This document shows positions 25,101 to 39,200 of a stretch of 64,000 bases of DNA, one piece after another (the first letter of the stretch is position 1; every line of letters starts with the position of its first letter). The stretch covers positions 62,001 to 126,000 of the forward strand of contig LSRY02000034.1 of assembly GCA_001643675.2 (NCBI GenBank). The letters run 5' to 3'. The stretch comes from Monocercomonoides exilis PA203 (Eukaryota > Protista > Preaxostyla). The notes below the pieces were generated by a model. That model saw nothing but the letters and a program-made list of their open reading frames with translations. It made no database searches and was not told where the DNA came from. Made by a program: the position numbers and the translations under genes.

Positions 25101-28100
25101 TGCTCAAAGCGCGCCACACATCTGTTCACACCCGGAAAGGCTATCTCGCTCACGTTGATCACTTCTCTGCACCGTTCCAATTGCACTTGCCTGTCTTTGT
25201 ATTGGTCGACTGCCACTCTAATCACATCCAGACGATGCAGAGCGGCCTGCGGATCAGCCGAGTCGTCGATCAGGATTCCGCCACCCAAGTCTGTGTATGT
25301 TTGCACAGTGTCTGACTCGAGTTTTGCTGCTTCTTTGTGGAGTGCAGCGACCATCCTGTTGTGCTGGCTGTCTTTCGCTTCCTCTGCTTTTGCCAGTGCC
25401 ACTTGAAACTCTGTTTGTGCATCATGCACAGCCGAAAGCGCAAGCTGCTCGTCAATCGACAGCTTTGTGCCTTGCAAATCGCACAGCTGCCGCATCTCAT
25501 CAAGTGAAGTGACAGCCATCCGCAGTGTCATCTGCTTCTCGTCCATCGAAGCCAGTAGCTCCACAAACGCGCAATAGTCAACCAGAGAGCGCGGCAGCTG
25601 CATGAGTGTCTCAGTCAGATCTTGGAATGTCTTTGTCGTTGTGACAGCGATCGAGTTGAACAGCGCATGCAAGTGTGCCTTGATTTGCTCGCTGCATGTT
25701 TGCGGGATTGGTGTCAGCGCAGCCTTCAGCGGACGGGCATCCATTGAGAGAATCCCCGCCACGCTGCTCACGTTGATGCGGATGATGTCGCCCAGCCACT
25801 CCGACATGCGCTGCAGATCCATCTTCAGGCGGTTCACATCCTTTACTTCAGACACATACACTTCTGGATCCCACCTCAAAGAGTGCTCAAATATACAGCC
25901 GAGCGAGCGGAAGCGCTCCAGGCTCTGCTCTGCCCGAATGAAGGACTCCTCGATGATCTCCATCAGTTCCTTTCGCGCCTCCACAAAGCGCACGTCGTTT
26001 GCCAGCAGCGTAGGCAGGTCCAGCCCAACCGGCGCATTGCGAGGAAGCAGAGGGCGATGCGGCGTGAGGCGCAGTGGGCGGTCGGCAGAACAGAGAAGAG
26101 TGATGCATTCGTTGATTGTGGCATCCACAAGACGCAACACTTCCTCCTTTGAGGGCGACATCTGCAGCTCGCAGCGGCTCAGCCGGATTCGCTGGGGCTT
26201 CGCAGTAACGACACCGTTGTTTCCCATCCTTCCAAGCGGAGCAGATGCAGACGAAGAAGCCGAGGGAAACATCGAAGAAGAGAAAGGCTGTGTGGAAGAT
26301 GCGTTGGCTGTTGAGAGTATTGACTGATTCAGCAACCCGTTTGCTTGCGACATATTGGCTGGTCCAAATGCGTTTCTGAGAGATGAAGCAGCTGCCTGTT
26401 TATGCTTGCGATGAGGAGAAGTCGTTTGCGAGAAAGCGGAAGATATAGAATTCCTGCGTGACTGACTCTGACTTGCTCCAGTTTTGTGCTTTCTCTTTAA
26501 TGTGTTATTGTTGCTGTTGTTATTATTATTAGCGCCTTTATTGTGATGACGATGATGACGTCTTGTAGCAGATGCACTGACATCGCCACGAACACTCAGT
26601 GAATTATTTTTATTAGCTCTTCTGTTATTGTAAGCATCTGAAGCATCTAAATCACTTTCTTCAGTCTGATTCGAGCGCTTTCTGCTTTTCGCTCCTTTCA
26701 TCGCACCCTTCCGATTCGATGCGCCAAATCTCATTTCATTACCACTTTCGTCTCTATGCTCGCCTTGTTCATTGAATGCCTCACCAGAAATGCTATTCTC
26801 CTCATCATACAAATCTCCTGCATCTGACACAGCTGAGGAATATGACTCAGCATCTTCATCTTCAAAGCTACTGATATTTCCATTGTATTCTTCTCCTTCT
26901 CCTTCTCCATCTTCGTCTTCATCGTAACCATCAGATCCATCCTCATCGTCTTCTCCTGAACTTTCTTGATTCTCTTCCACATCTTCATACTCCACAACAT
27001 CTCCCATCATCCACGGAATGCTGATGTGCCTGTTCTTCATCTTTTTATCCGCATTTCCTGAATTGTTCTCCATCTTCCCGTTTCCGTTTCCATTTCCATT
27101 GTTCGCATCGGCTTCATTATTCGCTTCCTCGTCACTATCACTTTCATCGTCATTGTTTTCCACCACATATTTCACCTTCTCCTCCTCCAGCACTTCTTTC
27201 TCGCTCCTCTTCTTCTCCACAAACTGGAATGTCACCTGGAAAACTGGCTTTTTCGCTGCCAGCGCCGCCTTGACTGTATTCTTCGTCTCTACAATGCTCT
27301 CCACCATCGTGTTGAACAGCTTCGACACACAGATGTTGTCCAGCAGCACCACAAACCTTCCCAGCATTTTCTCCTCCTCCTTCGCTACAGCAATGGCGTG
27401 CAGCCTTCCCTCTCTCTCCTTCTTCTGTGCAGCCATCGACTGCTGCAGTGCCGACGACTTCACCATCGACGACAAAGCAACCGCCGCTGCCTCGTCTTCC
27501 TGTGCTGCGATGCTCTCCTGTGAATACGCCCTCGACAGCACGTCTGTCACCAGCGCAGCCATTGCCGCTGCCATCGTCGTGGAGGCTGTCTGGATGCGCT
27601 CTTTCGTCTCGTTGCGGCAGCTCTCCTCAAACTGAACGAAGGACGGCACATCGAACGGCGCGCCTTTGTCCAGCTGTACTTGCAGTTGAGGAGATTTGGG
27701 GTAGTTCACAATAGAATTTGCTCGAGAGACAGAAATTGGCTTTTGCTGAGAAGAAGAAGAAGAAAAAGAGGAGGAAGGAGATGCTGTTGCAGAGAGGGAT
27801 GAGATGAATGAAGAGAAAGAGTTGATTGATGCGGCTGGAACTGTGCTGTTCAGCGAACTGTTGCTTCCTCCGTTGCTTCTGGTCCCATTCAGCATCAGAA
27901 CACCTTCATCAGAAGAAGAAGAAGAAGAAGAAGTTCCATTCTTCGCTGCATCTCCGTTCCCACTCCCATTTCCTCCTCCGCTTCCTCCCTCACCTCCCTT
28001 CGGATCTTCAATCGCTTTCTCCCTTCTTGTCACACCCACTCGAAACGGGAGTGTTTCACAGACAGCCTCGTAAAGCGAGCCGAGGCGAAGGAGAGCAGCG

Positions 28101-31076
28101 CAGAAGCAGTCGTGTGCCCAGAAGAGGTTTTTTCTCTGCTGGCTGCGGTTGTGCCGGAATATCTGCAGGCGGATGAGGCGCTTCCATTTGGTGAACGACT
28201 TGATGAGAGGGAAGTTGAAGAAGAACGGAATGCGCCGGATGGCTGCGAAGAACGACGCCTCCTGCACAAAACGAGAAATGGACATCGCTTCGAAGGTGGG
28301 GACGGCATCGTCTTCGGAGAAAGAAGAAGAGGAGGAGGAGGAAGAGGAAGAAAATGAAGTTGACTGTGAAAGCGGTGTTGGTTTGTCTGTAGAACTTTCG
28401 CCTACTGTCTTCTTTTTGAGTGCTCCGCTTGTTTGCAACGAAGCATTTCTTCTTCCTTTCTGTAGTTGTTGTTGCTGCTGTTGCTTTTGCACATTTTTTG
28501 CTTTGATATTCTTTCTATCATTGCCGTCGCCTTCGTCTTTGCTGATATATCCTTCATCTTCTGTCTCATTTTCTGTCCTTCCTCTTTCATCGCTGTTCTC
28601 ATCGCTGCAACCTTCGTCATTCAATTCCATCAAACGTGCATCATTCCTCTTTTCCCCTTCTCCTTTCCTTCTCTTCATTTCTCCTCTTTCTCCTTTTTCT
28701 CCAAAAGCAGCCACCCCTCTTGCATGTAGAGGCAGCCCTTGCTTCTGCTTCGTCCTTTGCCTTGCTGCTGAGCGCTGAATGGCCTGCTGCTGCAGCTCAG
28801 CCAACCGCCTCATTTCTTTGTTAGACGGCACAACGTGAACAACACCGGACACAGAAAAAATGTAATGCTCTGCTTCGACGGCTTCTTTGGGGACGACAAC
28901 GAGATTGTACGGGTTGTATAGCTCTTGGCGCACTCGCTCATCGACAAATGGGAGAGAAGAAGAAGAAGATGATGATGATCTACTTGCATTGTCAATCTCT
29001 GTATTATTCGTTGTTGCATTCAACTTCAATGCTGTTGGAGAGCGAGAAACGTTTTGTGAAGAAGAAGAAGCTGTTTGTGCGAGTGGGTCGACTGTCAGCT
29101 CTGGCGGATGCACAATGTTCATGTAGATGAACTTCAGCGTGTCTGATTTGCCGGCGCCGGCAAAATACGTTAGCACATCGTCGACAGTGCTCAGGATTTT
29201 TGCGGCTTCAGAGTCAGGCGTGCTGAACTTGGAGCGAGGGTTGGTTGTGGATACAGCAGCATTAGCAGAAGAGGAAGGAGAAGAAGATGAAATGGTTACA
29301 CTTTTCGACAGTGTTGATGACTGCTGAGAAGGCGAATACAATGGAGTCAACGATGAAGTTGAAGAAGAACCAGAACCAGAAGATGAAGAAGCATTAGCAT
29401 TCGAAGACAAAGCACGAGGAGCATAGTAAGTGTTGTGCTGTGTGGTGATTGACGACACAGAAAACGAAGCCGCTGGGGGGAAGGGCGACCTGCGGACGTT
29501 TGCAAGCGCTGCAGTGGTTGCATCGGCTGATTGGAGCATTCCTGTTCGGCTTCTGCTGCGCCGCGCAATTTCGTTGACGGAATGAGATGTGCCGCGGGTG
29601 GAGTAATTCGAAGTCGACGAAAAAAGAAGCAGCCCGCTGTCGTCTGCTCCTTTCTCGCTGGAAATGGCATTGCTGTTGTTACTGTTGTTATTACTGTTAG
29701 TACCAATGGTGGAATACCTTGCTCCTTCGTTTCCTTCTCTTTGCTTCTCAAACGCGGTGTTTCGACTTTCCCGCAGGCGAATGCTTCCTCTCAGAGATTC
29801 CTTCAGCGGCTTCAGGGCAGAAGACGCAGAAGACGCTGAATGCCGCGTGGGCGAAGCAGAAGAACGAGGCGGGGGTGGCTGCTCAGCCGAGGCAGCGCCT
29901 TTCGCTTTTTCTGCATTGGAAACAGAGAGAGAACGAGACACAGAGGGACTTTGCCCTTCTTTTTCTGTGAAACCTCTTTGAAAACTGCCTTCATCTCCTT
30001 TCTCTGCACCGACACTGAGCGAGGCTCCGGCAAAGCTGCCGTCTGAAGGAGCAGGGAGCTCTGTGTCTGTGTACGTGTCTGTGCCTAGAGACGGGGCCAC
30101 CACAACTGTCAGTCCTCCACTTCTCTCTCTCTCTTTGGCTCTGAAACCTCCTTCGCTCCCAGCCCGCACTCCACTGCTCTCTCCAAAGTGCTTCACGCGG
30201 GGCGGGTGCAGCAGAGCCCATTTGCCATGTTGTGGCTCTTTGATCTGTGAGGGCTTCATCGGCAGCGCAAAGGGATCAAGCTCGGCTTCGTCAAACGTTA
30301 AAAGAGATTTTAACTCGCTCCTGTCTCTTTCCTGCTCTCCTCCGCGAGATTTTTCTAAGCTGGGTTTCTTTTTGGCTGCTCCACCCGCTGCTTGAATTTT
30401 CTTCAGCTGAATTCTCTCTTTTGTCTCGTCTTTTCCAGAATTTTGACTTCTTGACTGCGAGAAATCTCTGGAAGATCTAACTCCATCCCGATTCTTTGGT
30501 TCAGAAGACGAGCTTGAAGCTTGAAATGGGCTAAGCTTTTTCGGTTCATTTCCGCCAACTGGCGGAGGAGGAATTCCATGTTGGGAAAAAGGAGATGAGG
30601 ATCTTCTGAAAATTAATTGTGACTGTTGAACAGACGATGAAACATCTTTTTCAGTATTACTAACTGAATACAACGCTGCTTGTGTTGGAAATGACGAATG
30701 AAGTGTAATCTTTGATGCTGAATTTTGCTTTTGAATTTGTCTAATCGTTGGAAACGCTTGCGCTAAAGCAGCTGTCAAGTTTAAAGCACATAGAGAATCA
30801 TTCGTCTGACTTGCAATGTATGCCCTTCGTACGACGTCAATCAACTAATAAATTGTCATAAATATTGCATTAAATAAAACATAAAAAGAATAGTCAAAAA
30901 ATGTCATTACACAAAATAATTTTTCAATTTTTAAGAAAAATGAAAACTTCTTTACTCGGAGATTGAATAGCTTTATCCCCAACTAACCGTTGTAGCTCCT
31001 CACAAATTAATGTCCATTTTGATACTGAATTTGTTTTAAGTGCATCAGAAAATAAAGTTAACAATTTTGTTTCCAT
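10160..31076 (-). CDS. Divergent dynein heavy chain, DNHD1/inner-arm-like, ~6,937 aa; exon 1 31076-30948, intron 30947-30845, exon 2 30844-10160
   Basis: Linker (MEPRHWRKLF, FPRFNLLSN), AAA2 GPAGCGKT, AAA3 GEYGSGKS, stalk/MTBD (DIQEIRSFVKPP...LCAWVRALYDYSEV...VQPKR), LVGDALLSAASLVYLGP, C-terminal GVFIDSLSLQGAVW. N-terminal YNPYNLVVVP...EHYIFS resembles DNHD1/DNAH6-type tails. Confidence 0.9.
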
Positions 31077-31382
31077 CTTGAACAATTATTTTTCAAATGA
31101 AAATTTAATCAAAAAAAGCTATTTAAATAAAAATTAAAAAAAAATAAACAAAATGAATCAAAATACACCTTTCCTGATGCAAGCAGTTAATAAAACAAAA
31201 ACAAAAAACTTTTAATTTTCACTGTTTCAAACAATAATATTAAGGGGATATTTTCAGGTTCTTTCAAAATTTCATTTCTAACACATTTGACTTGAAATAT
31301 CAAATAAATTCATTAACATCTTTGAACGTGTGTTACAGATTAAAAAATTTTCGTCTCATCCATCATTAATTGAAAATCCAGG

Positions 31383-31400
31383 TTTTTTTTTTTTTTTTTT

Positions 31401-31446
<46 letters not shown>
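31383..31446 (+). repeat. ~64-nt poly-T tract upstream of the dynein gene
   Basis: Directly visible, with one AC interruption. Confidence 0.9.
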
Positions 31447-31447
<1 letters not shown>

Positions 31448-33281
31448 AACAAAGTGAAAGAATGTTAAAGTTTGTTCAAAAATCAAAACAAAATATATAT
31501 ATAACATTTCAATTTATTTGATGTATTTATTTTTAGCTATCTTCTGATATTTTCTTTGAAGTCTAGTGACAAAAATAAAATTCAGCCTTTTTTGAAAACA
31601 CATTTTTAAATCTCTCTTTAATCTATTTTTGAACTCATCTTTCATCAATTAATATCTGTTTTTTCCTTTAATATTGATACCCATAACAAAACATTCATTC
31701 TTGCATTTTAAATTTACTGTTTTTTCTGTGTTTATGGCTTTAATGAATTTGCATACAGTCAATAGCAAAATTTACTTTATTTTTTTGAGCATGCAGCATC
31801 AAAAAAGAAAGTATATTATTTGACCTTCGTTGGTAATTCACGAAGGAGAAAAATGTGCAATTATGAAAGCCGGTTCGGCAAATGACAGTTATTTGATGGA
31901 CGTTCAACACGCCAGAAAGTGTTTGGAAGACTACAGAAATCCAAAAATATTGCGATTCATTTCGTTTTGAAGGAGTGATTTTTTACCAATTTCATTATTT
32001 GAAGCCGTACCAAGCAGTGTTGGATGCAAAACGAACTTGTTTTCTGACTTGAATTCTTTTTTCCAAAGATTCTTTTATAACAATAATATGTTCATCGAGA
32101 AAAGAATATATTGCCAGAAAATGGAAAAGAATAACAACTTGGTTTTTGAAACTAAAACTGAACGAAAAGCAAGTCCTACAGCAGTGAAAGCAGCAATGCC
32201 AAAAAGCTCAGATGGTCTGGAATTTTTCGTTTTTTTCAAAAATGATATTTTGTAAATTTCCTTCAATGAGACATCAATAAACCTTCAATGATACAATGCT
32301 TGATTTCATTTAAATGTGAAGCAAAAAAAGGCTGGAATTCAGGAAAAGCACTGAATCACTTGAGCATTTATTTAAGAGTAATGTCTTCGTTTCAATTGAT
32401 TTTTACATGCAATTGCCATTTTGCAACACAATCAGGGAAGCTTGAAATCAATCCTTATCGAGGATTCCAGAAAATTTCAACAAAAGAGAAGCACAAAGAA
32501 GGATTGACCGAGGAATCTCTGAAGCAAAAACAATTTACACTTTGATGGGACGGAAGATAATCAAGAATAAAGATTCAGCTTGTTGGGAATGTTGAATGAC
32601 TCAAAGATGAGGTTTGATTGACAAAAAAAGGAGGAAAAGGGAATAACAAGGGCTATCCAGTTGACAAACAGACAAGAAGGAATAAAAACGATGAACATGA
32701 AGAGTGGAATGCGAAATAAATAAATAAATAAATATTTCAATGGTTGCTCGAAAAGATGGAATCAAAACAAAGCTTGATTTGATTTAAAATATTTTGAAGG
32801 AGAAAAAGCAAGAAATATCACAAAATAGAAACACTTCTCGCAATGTTTTCGAAGATCAACTTGCATCAGATGTTTGTATTTATTTTTGTCCATATTTATT
32901 TATTTATTCTTGATATATTATTTTCCATTTCCATTTATTCAAACAGAAGAAATCAGTTCATTTTTATTCTGATAATTTATACCCAACGCCAATATTTCCT
33001 TGAAGATATCCAAATTGAAAATAAAACTTTTATATGTTCATCGTTTTTTGGGGTGTTTGCGAAGACAAAGCGATTCAAGGATTGAGAAAAAGAGGAAAAC
33101 ATGTGAATATTGTTTTTAAAGAGTGACTATGAGACTGGTTCTGAATATGACTTTTTTTCAAAGTTATTGATTCAGAAAATGGAATCTGAATGAGAAGAGT
33201 TGTTATTGAAAAGGGAATAATAATATTTTGCAAATGCTTCTGCTATAATGGTTTTCTACAACCCATTATCATCTTATTGAA

Positions 33282-36200
33282 ATGATTCCTTTTGTTTTGG
33301 TTTTGTGCTTGAGTTTATCATTTTGTGGCAATGATGAAAATGAAGTGCTGCGCAACGGAAAAGTCACCTTTTGTATTCCTGTTGCGAAGAAGAGTGATGC
33401 CTTGGCAAATGGAAGTATTGTTCATGTACTCGGTAAGATTTACAATTCAACTGTTAAATTGAAGGGAATATTGGTCGAAAAGCGCGACGGCTGCTTGGCA
33501 TTCGATATCTTCACAAGATCGCTCCTTGTTGTTGAAAACAGTCAACTTTTGGAAAAGAGTGATTCTTATCATCATTATGTCAAAAATGAAGGAACATGCG
33601 AAATGATCAATACCTCCTTGAATTTTGAATACAAAGAAAAAAATGAGTTGATGAAAAGCGTTGTGCAGATGAATGCTGAAGATTCATTGTTGCTTGTGAG
33701 AAAATGTGTTTGGAAGAATATTGCATTTTGTGGGAGTGGAAGCCTTTTGAGAGAAGGTTCAGGATGTTTTGAAGGAATTAAAAACTGTGAATTTGTGAAT
33801 ATCACAAAGAAACATAGCGAAAGAGAGACGAAGCAAATTGAAAAAGAGCTGATGATGAAAATGAGCGTTATGGAAGATTGTCAAGTTGAAAGTTCAATGA
33901 ATGTGCTTGAAGGAGGGATTGTGAGCGGAACGGAAGGATCTGTTTTCTTTTCCTGCAACAATTGCACATTTCTTCAAAACGAAAGAACGAATCGGAAAGT
34001 TAAAAATACAGAAAGAAATTCAACTACTGAGACACAGAACTTCATGAACGCTGAATGGAATGGATGTTCTGCTCCATGTGGTGGAGCACTTTATGTGCAT
34101 GATAATTCGAATGCAACGCTGACTGTTGAGAATTCATCTTTTGTGAAATGCAAAGCAACTTCAACGAGAGGAGGAGGAATATTTGCTCTGAACATTGGAG
34201 AATGTTCTGTAAAGCATTCCTCATTTATTGAATGCAGTTGTATAATCACAGATAACTATGGGGGAGGTGGAGCAGAAATAGAAGTGATATCTATTCAAGT
34301 CTTTTTTGAGAATTGCTTTTTCAAAGATGATATTTCAGGGGACGATGGAGGTGGATTGGGAATTTGGAGTTCAAAAACAACAAAAACAAATGAATGCATT
34401 TTGGATTGTTCATATATTAATTGTGCTGTGCTTAACAATAGTTATTCATATGGTGGAGGACTTCTTCATTGGAGCCCAGTTGATAAAATAGTTACTAGAA
34501 ATTGTTTATTCCAAAGCTGTGATGCTATTTATTGTGGAGGCGGTGTCGCAATGAGGGTTCAGACTTTTGGAGGAGATATGTTATGGTTTTGCTTTTTTCA
34601 TAATAACACTGCCAGTTATGGTAATGACATTAATGTTGTTGACGACTACTTAAACCCACAGACTATTTGTTGCTATTCCACACGAACCGAAGGAATTAGG
34701 TATTTTGCAGAGGGAGATAAAAGTGAATGGCTTCCAAATGAAGGAGGAAGAAGCAGATTCGTTTCTTCGAAGGAGATTCAAGCCAATGCAAAAGACACAT
34801 TCAGCTGCGGATTGAATGAATCCTGTGCATGTTTGACCATTAGTCATTGTCTATCCCAAATGATTGTGGGGTTTGTGGAAGAAATCAGGGTGCTAGCTGG
34901 AATGGTTGTTGAAGGAAAAGGAATTGATGTTGGAGGGAAAACGATCTCTGTAAATGGAGTTTCATCATCTGGGTCTGCCATTGCAACAAAATTTGAGGCA
35001 AATGGGTTGAGTCTGTTTTGCGTTGGAACAGGAGGATTGACTGTGAACGATCTGTCTGTGATTCACAATACATCGTTTGAAAGCAACAAACAATGCAGAT
35101 TGTTTGAAGTTCAAGGATGTGGATTGATAGATGTGAAGAAAGTGAACATATCCATGGACTCTGCTCATTCAGAGAAGAGGTGTATTCAGAACTCACTCGT
35201 GAAACTGGAAGAGGGAGAGTTGAAGATGAAAGATGTGATGTGGGAACAAACATTCAGCTCCACAAGTTTGATATCACTTTCTCAGGAGACAATGATTTCG
35301 TTGACTCTGGACAACTGCACATTCACCAACATTGTGAGAACAACAGCTGGATCATCGATGATGAGCGTGGGTGAAGGGTTGTATTCAATAACTTTAGAAG
35401 GATGCACGATTGATGGTTGTGGAAGTGATGAATCTAAATTTGGGGGGGAAATGATGATTGAAATGGGAAGTTGGAGTTCATTGACGATAAGTGGAGGCAT
35501 CGTGAAAAATTGTTTTGCTTCGATCACTCAAGGGAAAGGAGGTGGGATTGGGTTGAAAGTGAGAGATATAAATGCAGAGTTTCTTATTTCACCGGCATTT
35601 GAAGGGAACAGGGCCAAATGGGGAAGCGGTATTTTTGTTGACTCGATTGATTTGGAATCAACAGCAACAAGTGGGAAGATCACTTCATTGACAGCTTCAA
35701 ATCCGTTGTTGGATGAAATTCGAGGATTCGATAAAGGCGATGATTCAATTCCGATTCCTTTGTGCGCTTATCTGATTTCAATTCCAGATGAGATTTATGT
35801 GAGCAATGTTGATGCATTTAATCACTTTCTTTGTGGATTTGCTGAATTTCCCTGCATGATTCTGAAGGACTCACTGGAAAGGCAAGAAGAAGAAAAGAAG
35901 ATTGTTGTCGATGGGATGATTGAAATGCAAGATAAGCTAATATTCGACTCCTTCAAGCACATAATTAGAGGGAAAGATGAAAACAGTGGATGGAAGGTGA
36001 GCAATGATCCGAATAGAAGTGACGGAAGCATGATAACAGTCAGTACAAATACGAATATGAGTTCACTTGTTTTCTCTGTTCCATCTGCTCTTCCAAATTA
36101 CGAAGCATTCTTCTGTTCCACCTCACAGTTATTTTCGCTTGATGGCTGCTCACTGACATTTCAAGACTCACAATCAGAGTTATGTTATGTGTTTTTGTCG

Positions 36201-39200
36201 GGAACAGCAGGTGAGGTTTCTGTTTCATCGTTGAATGTTTTGTCCTTGACCATTGGCAATTGTCCATTGATTTCTCTTGATGGAAGCAATGCTGCTGGCA
36301 CATTCACATCCATGAATATTGAGGATATTTGCTTTGAAACAAATGGTGTTTTGTTTGGGGTGGCTAATGGAGCATCTTTGATAAGTGAAGATTCAACACT
36401 TTCAGTGAAAGCATTTTCACAAGGAGATTTACCATCAGGATCTATTCGAGTTATTTCCTCAAATTCAGCCATGATGCTAAAGTTCACAAACAATACAATG
36501 AGAGGTTTCAGAGGAATTGAAGGAAATGGAGGGGCAATCGAATGCACACTTGTGAGGGATTGCTCTCTGGAAATAGTCGGAGGGATGATGAGAGGGTGTG
36601 AGGTTAATGGAGGAAACGGAGGAGGGTTGTGGGTTGAGATGAAAGAAGGATCATCATTCACTGTGGGAAACCTGACAGAGGCAGACTCAGCAAAAACAAC
36701 ATCTTCAAATGATGAATATGATTTATTTCAACTTGTGGATTGCAAGGCAAAGCGAAACACATATGGAGAGCATGGATATGGAGGAGGGATTTATCTTCAT
36801 TTGGATGATGGAGCTCAGTCATTCATTTTGGAGAAAATGTCATTTACTGGATGTGATGCTCAAGAAGGGAAAGAAATCTTCATCAATGCAAATGATCTTT
36901 TGAGTGCGATTAGCAGAAGCTCGATTGAATTTGAAGTTGATTTGAATAACTTCACAAAATTGAATGGGTTTGAGAGATCAACATCAAGCGAGACATTTGC
37001 CATTCCACTGGTATTGTATCTGTGGAACAACTTTTCTGTGCAAGCATTTGTTGGAGGATCATCGAGCCATGATTTTTCGAAGTGTGGATTTGAAGAGTTT
37101 CCATGCTCCACAATCACGAAGGCAGTGTCAATCTATTTTGAAGGGAAGAAAAAAGATATCTCAATTATTGAGCCATTAACCATAAAGGAGGAATTGAGCT
37201 TGAGTACAGATGAATGGAGTATCAAAGCAAAGGACAATGAGATGAAATGTGGTGTTGTTGATCAGGCAGAAGGAGCACAAAGTGGATTGATAGAAAGCTC
37301 AGTCAGTGTGTCTGTGACAGGCGTTATTTTTTCTTTGATGAAATCTCTGACCTTTCATGAAAGTGTGTTTGAGTGCTATTCAGGGAAGCTTACACTAAAT
37401 GAATGTGGGATGGAAGGAGGCTCTGAGGCTATAACAACAGTGTTTGTGAAAGCTATTGGAGGGGTTGTGGAAGTGATTGAGTTTGGATCAAAGAATATGA
37501 AAAAATGGGATACGTCGTTTTTCATTGTTGAGGGAAGCGCTGAAACTGTGCCTTCACTAAATATGACGAAAAGCAATTTTGCTGAATTCACATTTGGCGA
37601 TGGATGTGTTGTTGAGAGCTGCAATGGAAACATTGAAGAGATGTCAGGATGCACATTTTCATCGATTACTCGTTCGAAGGGAAGTGGAGGGTGCATCAGC
37701 ATCACGAACAAGAATGATAACAATGGAAGAAATTTCAAAGTGGAAATAAATGACTGCACATTTGATGGATGCGCTGTTGAAGAAGAGGAAAATGAGATTG
37801 GAGGAGGTGCACTCTTTTGTGAGGCATCTTCGAAAACGAATCTGCTTATTAACGAGTGTAAGCTTTATGGTTGCACAGCACCATATGAAGGGGGAATTGC
37901 TGGATATGGAGGAGGGGTGATGTTGAACATGTTAAATGAAGAAGAAGAGGAAGCGTTTGTGATATCCTCACCAGCTTTTTCTTCTGACAAACCAAACAAT
38001 GCAAAATATGGGCAGGATTTGTTTATTTCGTCTCCATCGCTCGTCAAGAGCATCAAGAACGAAACGCTGCAATTTGTGAAAGATAGACTGGAGAAGCTGA
38101 CAGAAGATTCGATGAGAGGGTTTGATGGAGAAAACAGGGAGTGTGCAATCCCACTGATCTATTTCTGGAAATCTGTTGGATCTAGTGTGTATATTGCAGA
38201 GGAAGGAAACAATGTTGTTGTGTGTGGGTTGTTGGAGTATCCATGTAGGTCTATTGATTATGGGATGAATCGGATAGACAGTTCAACAGTTGAGCAGATG
38301 ACGATTCATGGAGTTTGTGATGTGATGAGTGTGATAGAGATGAGTGGGATGAAGCTGGAAGGAACAGATGGAAAGTCGGACAAAATCCGATTTGTTCAAT
38401 CAATTAAAGAAAATGGGAATGCTGTTGTTGAATGCAAAGGAGTTGTTCAATTCAATGAATTGGGGATTCTGATTCCCAGTGCCTTTGATAATGGAGCAAA
38501 CATCCTCATCCGGACAGGTTCAGATGTAGTCAAAACAAGTATTGTGAGTTGCACAGTTCATAAAATTGAAAATGTGAAAGATGAGGCGTCATTTGTTCTG
38601 ATCAGTGCTTTGAAAGGAATTTTTTCTATTGAAAAGACAAACATTGTTGGATTCTCAACGATGCATGAGATAATGAGCACATCAGCTGATTGTGTGACAA
38701 CCATGAACAATGTGATATTTAAAGATATTTCATTGGGCGGGAAAAGTGCAATTATGATGAGTGAAAGTGTGATTTCTGGATGTGGAAATGATTATTCAGA
38801 AGAAATGTGGAATATTCTATTTGAGCAATGCACTTTTGTGAATGTGAAGAACAATGAAGCAAGTTACCCTTCGTTGTTTTGCTGTGATATTTCAAATAAA
38901 ATGAGATTGAAAATGGATAATTCAACAATTGATGGGTGTGGGTCGACAAGTTCAAATGAAGGAGGAGGAATGTTCTTCCTCCTCAATGAGAGGGGGAGAT
39001 TGGAAATGAATCACACAAATGTGACAGAATGCTTCTGCTCGAACACTGGAAGAGGAGGAGGATTGTTTTTGAAATCACAGAGTGTCTCACAGGAAGCATT
39101 GCCATTTGTGCTATCGAACATCACCTTCCGAGGGAATGTTGCTTCAAAGGGGAGAGATGTGTTTGTGAAGTGCACTGACCTTGACTCACAGATAAGTGAA

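Noticed and set aside
10513-30480. Dozens of antisense or alternative-frame ORFs inside the dynein gene
   Set aside because: Shadow ORFs of a long coding strand, with no independent motifs.
31383-31446. Poly-T as a retroposon tail
   Set aside because: No target-site duplication or recognisable element body; similar tracts occur in introns.
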